64,000 nucleotides of DNA from Gammaproteobacteria bacterium (GTDB lineage: Bacteria; Pseudomonadota; Gammaproteobacteria; Eutrophobiales; Eutrophobiaceae). The notes under the pieces were generated by a model. It saw nothing but the letters and a program-made list of their open reading frames with translations, ran no database searches and was not told the DNA's origin. The DNA is taken from assembly GCA_965215365.1 (NCBI GenBank), contig CBDCDS010000003.1, positions 672,001 through 736,000 of the forward strand, written 5' to 3'. Of this stretch, positions 22,961 to 31,931 are shown one piece after another. The position numbers were made by a program, and so were the translations under genes. Position 1 is the stretch's first letter. Each line of letters opens with the position of its first letter.

Positions 22961-23005
22961 GTACCTCTTTCCGCCCAGTCCTGACTTGTTGAATACGTTG
23001 TATTG

Positions 23006-23130
23006 CTATCGCTGAACTCGTTACAATTCTATCGCTGTATGCGTTACAATTCTATCGCTGAACTCGTTGCATTTCTATCGCTATGTGCGTTACAATTCTA
23101 TCGCTGTATGCGTTACAATTCTATCGCTGA
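23006..23130 (+). repeat. Tandem array of 23-bp repeats, 5 full units plus a partial sixth
   Basis: Units start at 23006, 23029, 23052, 23075, 23098 and 23121; consensus CTATCGCT-(GAACT/GTATG/ATGTG)-CGTTACAATT. Confidence 0.95.
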
Positions 23131-23160
23131 TTATTGGCATAGAGATATTTTACCAGTTAT

Positions 23161-24411
23161 ATGACTTATCATCCCCGCATTGTCGATGCCGAGCTGGAGC
23201 AGCAACTTGCTGCCGCGGGAGGGGTCGTTATTGAAGGCCCTAAAGCCTGCGGAAAAACGGCTACCGCCAGACAGAGCGCTGCCAGTGAAGTACTGCTGGA
23301 TGTAGATAAAGAGGCCCGACGCACAATTGCAATCGATGCTGCTTTGGTTCTGGATGGCGCAACACCGCGCTTGATTGATGAGTGGCAACTCGAACCCGAC
23401 ATCTGGAACCATATCCGCAGAGCCGTGGATGCGCGCGTACATTCCGGCCAGTTCATCCTTACGGGCTCGGCGGTGCCGGCGGATGATGTTACCCGACACA
23501 CGGGAGCGGGGCGTCTGGCGCGCCTGCAGATGCGGCCGATGTCCCTGTTTGAGGCCGGATACTCATCCGGCGCGCTGTCACTGGCGGCCCTGCTTGACGG
23601 CGCGCCGCCGCGCAGTCCAAGGGCCGAATTGCCCGTCAGGAAGGTGGCTGAACTGGTGTCGATCGGAGGCTGGCCGAGCCACCTGGGTCGTTCTCCAAAG
23701 TCCGCGCAACAGGCCAACCGGCATTACCTCGCCGAGATTTGCCGAAGTGACATCGAACGAGTGGATGGCATACGGCGGGATCCGGTGAGGGTCGGTCGCT
23801 TGCTGCAGTCCCTGGCACGCAACGTGGCGACCCAGGCAACAGTATCAACCTTAGCCAGGGATGTGGGTGGCGCCGACAACATTTTGCGAGAGAACACAGC
23901 ACATGAATACCTGGCGGCCCTTGGACGGCTGATGATCGTCGAGGACCAACCGGCATGGGCGCCTCACTTGCGTTCAAAGTCGAAGTTACGGGGCACGCCC
24001 AAGCGGCATTTCGTCGACCCCTCCCTGGCAGTGGCGGCCCTGCGCACGCGCCCCGAGCGATTATTAAAAGATCTCAACCTGCTCGGCTTGCTGTTCGAAT
24101 CCATGGTGATCCGCGATTTGCGCATTTACGCCCAGGCCGCCGAGGCTGAAGTGCTGCAATACCGTGACAATACCGGATTGGAAGTGGATGCCATCATCCA
24201 GGCCGGAGACGGGCGCTGGGCGGCCTTTGAAGTCAAGCTGGGAGCGGCTCGTGTCGATGAGGGCGCTGCCAACCTGCTGAAGTTCGCCGAACGGGTGGAT
24301 CTGAATCGGTGCGGCAAACCGTCAACGCTTGGCGTGATCGTATCGGACGGCTATGGATATGTGCGCGCAGACGGCATAAGCGTGCTGCCAATCGGCGCCC
24401 TGGGCCCGTGA
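23161..24411 (+). CDS. AAA+ ATPase with C-terminal PD-(D/E)XK-like domain (AAA_14 + DUF4143 type)
   Basis: GPKACGKT Walker A, LIDEWQ Walker B, ILTGS, PKRHFVDPSL, GLLFES, YRD..GLEVDAII...AFEVK. Confidence 0.88.
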   Translation: MTYHPRIVDAELEQQLAAAGGVVIEGPKACGKTATARQSAASEVLLDVDKEARRTIAIDAALVLDGATPRLIDEWQLEPDIWNHIRRAVDARVHSGQFILTGSAVPADDVTRHTGAGRLARLQMRPMSLFEAGYSSGALSLAALLDGAPPRSPRAELPVRKVAELVSIGGWPSHLGRSPKSAQQANRHYLAEICRSDIERVDGIRRDPVRVGRLLQSLARNVATQATVSTLARDVGGADNILRENTAHEYLAALGRLMIVEDQPAWAPHLRSKSKLRGTPKRHFVDPSLAVAALRTRPERLLKDLNLLGLLFESMVIRDLRIYAQAAEAEVLQYRDNTGLEVDAIIQAGDGRWAAFEVKLGAARVDEGAANLLKFAERVDLNRCGKPSTLGVIVSDGYGYVRADGISVLPIGALGP

Positions 24412-24415
24412 GCGT

Positions 24416-25096
24416 GTGGCAGCAGCCCGGTTCATCCCATTGCACGAAGACCAGCTACTTCTGAGCTTGCGCCAGGGCCTGACGGCGCTGGGGCTGGAGC
24501 CGCAGTCCTGCTCCTGTGCCGCGTATCTCCAATACCTTGAGCTGCTTGCCAAATGGAATCGCGCCTACAACCTGACCGGGGTGCGCGATAAACGGCGTAT
24601 GGTTCATACGCATCTGCTCGACAGTCTTGCCGCGCTGCCGTATGTCCGCGGCAGCCGTTGTCTCGACATAGGCACCGGCGCCGGACTGCCGGGTTTCATC
24701 CTGGCGTTGGCGCAGCCGGAGGTGGAATGGACTTTGCTGGATGCAAATGGCAAGAAAACCCGTTTCCTGCAACAACTTGTGTTCGAGCTGAAGACTGAAA
24801 ATGTGGTCATCGTCCACTCCCGGGCCGAGAAGTTCTTGTCATCCGCGCCTTATTCATCCATTATTTCCAGAGCGTTCGGTTCCCTGGCCGATTACTACCG
24901 GGCTGTGGCGCATTTATTGCGGCCGGACACCCGTCTGCTGGCGCTGAAAGGCCGGCCGCCGGTTGGAGAATTGCGGGAAGTGGCTGCATTGGACGTATCC
25001 GTCTCGGTGGAGCCAATGCAGGTCCCCGGTATCGACACACAGCGGAGTATGGTAATCATGCAATGTGCTTGCGGGCTTAACAAAATAACCGCCTGA
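24416..25096 (+). CDS. rsmG: 16S rRNA m7G527 methyltransferase
   Basis: KWNRAYNLT, HLLDSL, DIGTGAGLPG, SRAF. Confidence 0.95.
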   Translation: MAAARFIPLHEDQLLLSLRQGLTALGLEPQSCSCAAYLQYLELLAKWNRAYNLTGVRDKRRMVHTHLLDSLAALPYVRGSRCLDIGTGAGLPGFILALAQPEVEWTLLDANGKKTRFLQQLVFELKTENVVIVHSRAEKFLSSAPYSSIISRAFGSLADYYRAVAHLLRPDTRLLALKGRPPVGELREVAALDVSVSVEPMQVPGIDTQRSMVIMQCACGLNKITA

Positions 25097-25878
25097 TGGG
25101 CCTGTTCAAAAGACAAAACGCCAGCATCGTGGCCATCACCAACCAGAAGGGCGGTGTGGGTAAAACCACAACCGGCGTCAATCTGGCGGCGTCCCTGGCC
25201 TCCGCAAAACGCAAGGTGTTGCTCATTGACCTCGATCCTCAAGGCAACGCTACTATGGGCAGTGGCATCGACAAAACCACACTGGAAACAAGTGTCTATG
25301 ACGTCCTGGCAGGCGAGGCCAGCCTGGCGGAAGTGTTGCTGCAGTCGCCGTCGGGCGACTATGACTTAGCGCCCGGCAACGCCGACCTGACCGGTGCCGA
25401 AGTGGTATTGTTACAGGAACAGGGCCGGGGCAAGCGGTTGCAGCAGGCGCTGCTGCCGTTGCGTCATCGCTACCAGTATATTTTCATCGACTGTCCGCCC
25501 TCATTGAACATGTTGACGGTAAATGCCCTGGTCGCCGCTGACCGCGTGATCATCCCCGTCCAGTGCGAGTACTATGCCTTGGAAGGCCTGAGCGCACTGC
25601 TGGACACCGTGGAGCAAATTCGCAGCCATTACAACCCGCGCCTGAAAATTGCCGGGCTGCTGCGTACTATGTATGATGCCCGTAACAAGCTGGCGTCGCA
25701 GGTTTCAGAGCAACTGCTGGAGCATTTCGGCGACCAGGTGTTCCGCACCATCATCCCACGCAATGTGCGCCTGGCAGAGGCGCCCAGTCATGGCCTGCCT
25801 GTTATAAAATATGACAGAACCTCACGGGGCGCCGTCGCCTACCTCAGTCTGGCCGGCGAAGTGATAAACCGTGAATAA
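25096..25878 (+). CDS. parA: Chromosome partitioning ATPase
   Basis: NQKGGVGKTTT, DLDPQGNAT, IDCPPSL, QCEYYALEG, PRNVRLAEAPS. Confidence 0.96.
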   Translation: MGLFKRQNASIVAITNQKGGVGKTTTGVNLAASLASAKRKVLLIDLDPQGNATMGSGIDKTTLETSVYDVLAGEASLAEVLLQSPSGDYDLAPGNADLTGAEVVLLQEQGRGKRLQQALLPLRHRYQYIFIDCPPSLNMLTVNALVAADRVIIPVQCEYYALEGLSALLDTVEQIRSHYNPRLKIAGLLRTMYDARNKLASQVSEQLLEHFGDQVFRTIIPRNVRLAEAPSHGLPVIKYDRTSRGAVAYLSLAGEVINRE

Positions 25879-25926
25879 CAGATCGGGACACTTACACAGC
25901 AAAGCAGGCCTTTCAGTGAAACACGA

Positions 25927-26802
25927 ATGAACGCAAAAAAACGAGGACTGGGCAGGGGTCTGGAGGCCTTACTGGGCCCGGTGCCTGTGCCCAAAACCGA
26001 AAACGACACCACGCCGGGGGAATTGCGCACCCTGCCGGTGGACTTGTTGCAGCGGGGCGCACACCAGCCGCGCCTGGAATTTGACGCGGCGGCGTTGCAG
26101 GAACTGGCCGACTCCATCCGCGCGCAAGGGGTATTGCAGCCGGTTCTGGTCAGACCCCTGGCTGCTTCGGATAACTACGAGATCATCGCCGGCGAGCGGC
26201 GCTGGCGCGCCGCGCAACTGGCCGGTTTGTATGAAATTCCCGCCGTCGTGCGTGCATTCGATGATAAGCAGGCCACGTGCATCGCGCTGATAGAGAATAT
26301 CCAACGCGCAGACCTGAACCCGTTGGAACAGGCCCGCGGCCTGGCACGCCTGTCGGAAGAGTTTGCGCTGACCCACGACGCCATTGCCGAAGCAGTCGGG
26401 CGCTCACGCTCGGCCGTTACCAACATGCTGCGCCTGCTGGAGTTGTGCGCGGAAGTCAAACAGCTGCTGGAAACCCGGCAACTGGAGATGGGTCACGCTC
26501 GCGCCCTGCTCACCCTGAGCGAGCAGCAGCAACGCTGGGCGGCGCAGCAGATCACCCAATCAGGCCTGTCGGTACGCGCCACCGAAGCCCTGGTACGCCG
26601 CCTGCAAAAGACCAAGAACGTATTCACACCCAAGCCGGACCGAACTGACCCCAACATCCGCCTGCTGGAAACCGAACTCTCCGACAACTTAGGCGCCACC
26701 GTCACCATCCAACAGCGAAAAAAAGGCAACGGCGCCCTACGCATCACCTACAGCTCCCTAGCACAACTGGATGGTATTCTGGCAAGGATACGGAGGAAAT
26801 AA
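25927..26802 (+). CDS. parB: Chromosome partitioning protein
   Basis: GLGRGLEALL, QPR, GERRWRA, ENIQR.DLNP. Confidence 0.96.
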   Translation: MNAKKRGLGRGLEALLGPVPVPKTENDTTPGELRTLPVDLLQRGAHQPRLEFDAAALQELADSIRAQGVLQPVLVRPLAASDNYEIIAGERRWRAAQLAGLYEIPAVVRAFDDKQATCIALIENIQRADLNPLEQARGLARLSEEFALTHDAIAEAVGRSRSAVTNMLRLLELCAEVKQLLETRQLEMGHARALLTLSEQQQRWAAQQITQSGLSVRATEALVRRLQKTKNVFTPKPDRTDPNIRLLETELSDNLGATVTIQQRKKGNGALRITYSSLAQLDGILARIRRK

Positions 26803-26805
26803 ACG

Positions 26806-26835
26806 ACGCGGGTCGACATCACTCGCGTATTTTTG
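26806..26835 (+). terminator. Possible intrinsic terminator after parB
   Basis: acgcgggt-cgacatc-actcgcgt stem-loop followed by attttt. Confidence 0.45.
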
Positions 26836-26971
26836 TCAACGAGCAACTGCCCCGCAGCCTCCGTGATATGCTGAGCGTGTTCGTATTGCTCGCCTTTTAG
26901 TTAATTCTTTGAACTCATCATACCGAAGAACAATTGCCCATTTAATTGACACGGTTCCATAGCCCGCATAA

Positions 26972-28051
26972 ATGGCAGGCATGAATATACAACGGAAAAT
27001 CCTTAAAGGCCGGGGCACCTCCTCCCGGGTCGATGCCCGGTTCCTGCAATATGAACGCAGCGGGTTCGATGACGGCTGGGACCTGGAAGATGAAGAAAAA
27101 ACCGTGCCTACGGAAATTTTTCAGGAAACCCCGCGTACGGTCATCAGCCGCAACCAGTCCCCGGATATTCCGTTTGAAACCTCCATCAATCCCTATCGCG
27201 GTTGCGAGCACGGTTGTGTCTATTGCTACGCCCGCCCCAGCCATGCTTACGTGGATTTATCACCGGGCATCGACTTTGAAACAAAGATATTTGCCAAGAG
27301 CAATGCGGCGCAGGTATTAAGCAAAGAACTGGCCAAGCCCCGCTATGTGTGCAAACCCATTGCCATGGGCACCAACACCGACCCCTACCAGCCTGCGGAA
27401 CGGCAACTGCGCATCACCCGGGACCTCATCGAGGTGTTGCATGATTGCCACCATCCGTTGTCCATCGTCACCAAATCCTGGTTGGTTGAACGAGACCTGG
27501 ATTTGCTTGCGCCCATGGCCGCGCACGGCCTGGTCAAGGTATTTGTATCCATAACATCGCTCAAGCATGATCTGGCCCGGCGTCTGGAGCCGCGCGCCAC
27601 CGCGCCGACGCGGCGCCTGCAAACCGTACAGACCCTCAATGATGCCGGCATACCCACCGGTGTCATGTTTGCGCCGGTCATCCCTTTTATTAACGACGCG
27701 GAAATGGAAAACGTGCTGGAACAGGCCGCGGCGGCCGGCGCCAAAACTACGGGTTACGTCATGTTGCGGCTACCGAACGAGGTCAAACAGTTATTCCGCG
27801 AGTGGCTGGAGACCCATGAGCCGGGCAAAACGGAACATGTGTTCAGCATCATTCGTGAGCTGAGAGCCGGGCGCGAAAACGACCCGGACTATTTCACTCG
27901 CATGCGCGGCCAGGGTGTTTATGCCGACCTGATCCGCAGCCGCTTCAACAAGGTCTGCAAAAAATTCGGTTTGAACCGGCATAACTGGGCGTTGAATACC
28001 GGCTTGTTTACACCCCCCCGTGCGGCCAGCCCGCAACAGACTTTGTTCTAG
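26972..28051 (+). CDS. PA0069/Rv2578c-family radical SAM protein (spore photoproduct lyase-like)
   Basis: SINPYRGCEHGCVYCYARP, GTNTDPYQP, LEPR. Confidence 0.88.
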   Translation: MAGMNIQRKILKGRGTSSRVDARFLQYERSGFDDGWDLEDEEKTVPTEIFQETPRTVISRNQSPDIPFETSINPYRGCEHGCVYCYARPSHAYVDLSPGIDFETKIFAKSNAAQVLSKELAKPRYVCKPIAMGTNTDPYQPAERQLRITRDLIEVLHDCHHPLSIVTKSWLVERDLDLLAPMAAHGLVKVFVSITSLKHDLARRLEPRATAPTRRLQTVQTLNDAGIPTGVMFAPVIPFINDAEMENVLEQAAAAGAKTTGYVMLRLPNEVKQLFREWLETHEPGKTEHVFSIIRELRAGRENDPDYFTRMRGQGVYADLIRSRFNKVCKKFGLNRHNWALNTGLFTPPRAASPQQTLF

Positions 28052-28117
28052 CGCGGATTCCGGTTCATTGTGAACGTTGAAGGCGCCTTTGCTTCCCCGC
28101 CTCAGCTTGAGCCGAAT

Positions 28118-30634
28118 TTAGAACTTCATCCGCACGCCCATACCATAGGTCGTGCCGTACTCGTCATATTGCGACAGGCGGGAAGGGTCGCCGAAGTAAT
28201 AGTACTCAGGCTGATCGTTCAGGTTGATGGCTTCCGCCGTTATCGTGATGTTGTCATTTAACTCATAGCGGGCAGTGAGATCGATCTGCAGGAAGTCATC
28301 GGCGAAACGGTCATTTTCGGCCTGATCGCCGATCTCATCCAGAAAATCGCTGCGATAGTTGGCCGCCAGTCGCACATCCCACCGACCCAGATCATAGCCG
28401 AGCGTCAGATTGGCCGTATGTTTGGCCTGCTTGAAGAACGGCACCGAGCGTTGACCGTACACACTGTCTGCCGGGAGGTCAGTCTCCCCATCGGAATAGG
28501 TGTAGTTGGTCACCAGCAACACGCCGTTATCCCAGGCAGTCTGGAAAGATAACTCGAAACCGGCAATACTGGCATCGTCTGTATTGATGTAAGTCGCTGC
28601 CCGGTCCCAAAGCTGGCCGCGAAAAACCACATCGTTGGCTTCAACTTCCACAATGGTATTCTCGATCTGCTTGTAGAAGAGACCGGCGCCAAAAAAGGTT
28701 GCCCTGCCCAGATAATACTCGTAAGCGAGATCCAAATTCCACGCGGTAGTGGGCTTCAGTTCCGGGTTACCGCCTTTTATCTCATTGTCTTCAGTGTCAA
28801 TTACAGCGCCGGCCCTTGCCTCTCTAAAGCCCGGCCGCACCAGCGAGCGGAATACACCAAATCGCACGACCTGGTCTTCACTCAGATCAAACTTGACGTT
28901 CAGTGAAGGGGCAAGAAAATCGTAGTTGTTCTCAAAGGCAGTTGGCCCTGCAAAACCATCATCGAAGGCTTTGCCCCGATAGGTGGTCTGCGTGTCTTCA
29001 TAGCGCAGGCCATAAACCCAGGTAGCATTGCCGGTGACCGTGGTGCCCATAATATAGGCTGCCAGGATGTCTTCCTCGGTGACCCAATCTGCCGGGATTG
29101 ATTCTTCATCTTCATCACCACTTAACTCATAGGCGGCGCCGGGGGCCTGACAGGAGCTGCCATCAGACAGCTCAACCGAGCCTGAGCCCAGACCCGAGAT
29201 AAATTGCTTCACCTGATCATAAGAGGCGGTTGGTCCTTCGACTGTGTTCAGAAACTGCTGCGGGGTAACAAAGTCCACCGATGTAAGCAGTATGTCATCA
29301 ACCGGCTCGTAGCCGCAGTAAACATAGTCATTGAGTTTTTTCCGCTGGCGTATTTTTGCCCCGTACTGCAACTGAGTGCCGGCGTTGAGGTCAGTGAAAA
29401 AATCAGCCTTGGCGCCGAGGTCTTCATCAGTATTCAATGAAAATTCCCGCTCGAATATTTTCATAGGAAAACTGGAGGGTTCGTAGAAAGCGGCAGGGAA
29501 AGTTACTGTGGGACGCCGCGGGTCAGTATTGTCATAGACGATAGAGTCGTCAATGGCATCGGAACGAAAAATCACAGCCTGGCGATCGCGGTCATCCTGC
29601 TCGGCTTGCGAAGCGAAAATCTCAAACTCACCACGATTGCGGTCACCGAATTGCAGGTTCGCGCCAAGCCGGATCGAGCTGATTTCACGCTTCTCGGTGC
29701 GGTTGCGGCTTTCCGTATCTACCCGGGCATTGGCATAACTGAAGGTGTTGCCATTGATGACTGGCTGTTCTTCCTCAATTGAGTCGCGTACCTCCCACTT
29801 GGCCCGCCACTCACTGTCGTCATACTCGTTGTGAAAGAGATGGGCGAAATAGCTGTTTCCGGAGTCGGCGCGGTAATCCAGTGCAAGCACCACACCTTCC
29901 CGTTTTCGGGTCAAGTCGTAATAGCGCGCCTCGTAGTCATCATTCGGGGCAGTATCACCCCAACCGCCGTTTTCGTTATTGTGAGCAATGATTCGACGCG
30001 ACTTGTGACTCAAAACCAGCGCCGCGCCAAGCTCGCCCTCGCCCACTTCCCAACGATTGGCGAAGGTAGCCGCCAGTTTTGGATTATCCGCATCATCGGT
30101 CAGCTCATTGTAAGTGGTTTCGGCCTTCAGTCGAACCAACATTCCGTCAAAGGAAAACGCGGTGATGGTCTCAAGATCAATAGCGCCGCCAATGGTGTCG
30201 GCATCAAGATTTGGCGTGAGTGTCTTGTACACCGTCATGCTGTCCAGCAGATCGGAGGGCACCCCGTCGAGGATAATGCCGCGTCTGTCTTCCGGCGAGG
30301 CCGTACTTACGCCATTGATCGTCATGGCGTTAAGGTCCGTATTCATGCCCCGCACGGTGACATAACGTCCTTCACCCTGATCGTTTTCCACCATGATGCC
30401 AGAGATACGGCGCAAGGATTCAGCGACATTTATGTCAGCGAAATTGCCAATGGCATCGGAGTCAATCACACCGGCGACCTTGTCTGAATCCCGCTGCTTC
30501 TGCATCGCGCTCTGCAGGCTGGCCCGGCTGCCGACAACGACTATCTCATCAATGGATTCCTGACTGTACGCCTGTGCGCAGAGCGCCAGCCCAATGGCCG
30601 CAGCCAGTAACTTCCACTTGCTCAGTGTTTGCAT
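28118..30634 (-). CDS. TonB-dependent receptor associated with phytase
   Basis: Signal peptide, EIVVVG TonB box, DQGEGRYVTVRG plug, GNPELKP, terminal Phe. Confidence 0.9.
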   Translation of the reverse strand: MQTLSKWKLLAAAIGLALCAQAYSQESIDEIVVVGSRASLQSAMQKQRDSDKVAGVIDSDAIGNFADINVAESLRRISGIMVENDQGEGRYVTVRGMNTDLNAMTINGVSTASPEDRRGIILDGVPSDLLDSMTVYKTLTPNLDADTIGGAIDLETITAFSFDGMLVRLKAETTYNELTDDADNPKLAATFANRWEVGEGELGAALVLSHKSRRIIAHNNENGGWGDTAPNDDYEARYYDLTRKREGVVLALDYRADSGNSYFAHLFHNEYDDSEWRAKWEVRDSIEEEQPVINGNTFSYANARVDTESRNRTEKREISSIRLGANLQFGDRNRGEFEIFASQAEQDDRDRQAVIFRSDAIDDSIVYDNTDPRRPTVTFPAAFYEPSSFPMKIFEREFSLNTDEDLGAKADFFTDLNAGTQLQYGAKIRQRKKLNDYVYCGYEPVDDILLTSVDFVTPQQFLNTVEGPTASYDQVKQFISGLGSGSVELSDGSSCQAPGAAYELSGDEDEESIPADWVTEEDILAAYIMGTTVTGNATWVYGLRYEDTQTTYRGKAFDDGFAGPTAFENNYDFLAPSLNVKFDLSEDQVVRFGVFRSLVRPGFREARAGAVIDTEDNEIKGGNPELKPTTAWNLDLAYEYYLGRATFFGAGLFYKQIENTIVEVEANDVVFRGQLWDRAATYINTDDASIAGFELSFQTAWDNGVLLVTNYTYSDGETDLPADSVYGQRSVPFFKQAKHTANLTLGYDLGRWDVRLAANYRSDFLDEIGDQAENDRFADDFLQIDLTARYELNDNITITAEAINLNDQPEYYYFGDPSRLSQYDEYGTTYGMGVRMKF

Positions 30635-30666
30635 GAGGCATCCCCCCAGTAGATTGAAAATTCGGG

Positions 30667-31773
30667 TCAGTGCAAGCCCAGTGAGGCTGCAATATCGCGC
30701 CAGGACAGGTACTTAAAATCCTGGCGCTCTGCCGGCAGTTGATTGCTTCCATCCTGAACCACGACGATACCCTCGGGATAGTCCGGCCCCAGGCCGACAC
30801 TGGCGACATCCAGACCGTCTGTCTCTTGTGTGCCGTCAATCAGCCCATCTTCACGATCCGCCACCACAAAACTTCCCCGATAGGAAAACGGCGGCAGGTG
30901 ATCAAAGATCGCATAGCTGTTGCTGCCCTGGCTGGACACCACCAGGTAGCCGCCGTTGTCTGACACATAAAGCGACATGCCCTCGACATCGGCTGACAGG
31001 ATAGTCCCGTCTATGTCCATGACCGACTGCAAATCCGCCGGCGCATCATGCCGTGCAGACATCGTGCGAATGCCCTCTTCCTCCACGCCCAGGAACAACC
31101 GCTGTTCGGTGTCATCAGCCACACAGCCCTCAGGCTGGCTGGGCACGACAAATTCCCGTAACAATTCTGCATGAAATTGCACAGGTTCTGTTGACTTCCC
31201 GGCAGCCGCCGGTGACAGACCCCACTGCTGAAATCTGCCATCCGTATCGTTAACGAATACCTGCAGGCCCTGGTCATTCCGGAACATGCAAAGGCCATAG
31301 ACTTCCGCCAATCCGGTGGCTATTTCGGAATCCCGCAGCCAGGTTAACGTGCCTTCCCGGTCAACCAGAAAAAGGCTGATGGTGTTAGCGGAGCGATTGC
31401 TGGCTGCGGCAAGGGCCGACCAGTTGCTATCTTGAGTAAATGCGCGCAAATCGATATTGTTGGTGAGACCGGCCGGAATGAATTGCACGCGTCCCCCATT
31501 CAGATCATAAACCTCGATCCCACTCTGTTTGTCGGTGCCAATAACAAGGCTGGCCGAAGGATTCCGCACATTGACCCAGATCGCCGGATCATCGGCCGCA
31601 TCATCACCACTGCGCACCGGATCAGTCTCGGTCACGGCATGGACCACGGCGGCGTCCTGCGGCGGCGGGGCTGAGGCCTCCTCGCAGGACGTCAGCGCCA
31701 GTGCAAGCAGACCGGGCAGGAAAAAAAAGCGCAAGATGGGCCTTGCGAGAAAGACTGACGTTGGCTTGCTCAT
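30667..31773 (-). CDS. Beta-propeller phytase, probable lipoprotein
   Basis: DAADDPAIWV, GTDK, YGLC, QPEGCVAD, DVEG, SSQG, ETDG, QDG; LTSC lipobox. Confidence 0.92.
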   Translation of the reverse strand: MSKPTSVFLARPILRFFFLPGLLALALTSCEEASAPPPQDAAVVHAVTETDPVRSGDDAADDPAIWVNVRNPSASLVIGTDKQSGIEVYDLNGGRVQFIPAGLTNNIDLRAFTQDSNWSALAAASNRSANTISLFLVDREGTLTWLRDSEIATGLAEVYGLCMFRNDQGLQVFVNDTDGRFQQWGLSPAAAGKSTEPVQFHAELLREFVVPSQPEGCVADDTEQRLFLGVEEEGIRTMSARHDAPADLQSVMDIDGTILSADVEGMSLYVSDNGGYLVVSSQGSNSYAIFDHLPPFSYRGSFVVADREDGLIDGTQETDGLDVASVGLGPDYPEGIVVVQDGSNQLPAERQDFKYLSWRDIAASLGLH

Positions 31774-31823
31774 TGGCTGTTCCTCATACCTCTGCGGTAA
31801 ATTTGCAAGGAAGTCTATAGCGG

Positions 31824-31867
31824 TAATGTGACAGGATTAAGGCGGTAATATGACAGAATTAGGACAG
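31824..31867 (-). promoter_or_regulatory. Two tandem Pho boxes (four 11-bp units) upstream of phytase
   Basis: Minus strand CTGTCCT-aatt-CTGTCAT-atta-CCGCCTT-aatc-CTGTCAC, then 10 bp to a TAGACT -10 element. Confidence 0.85.
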
Positions 31868-31931
31868 GACTTTATGCCTCCCGGCGCTGAATCTGGTATT
31901 CTCCCCCTGTTACATTCATCGGGAGCATATA

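Noticed and set aside
23006-23130. CRISPR array interpretation of the 23-bp repeats
   Set aside because: The variable part is only 5 nt and recurs; there are no unique spacers and no cas genes in the window.
22960-23160. oriC next to mnmG
   Set aside because: No TTATCCACA-type DnaA boxes or GATC cluster seen, and the array is downstream of mnmG rather than upstream.
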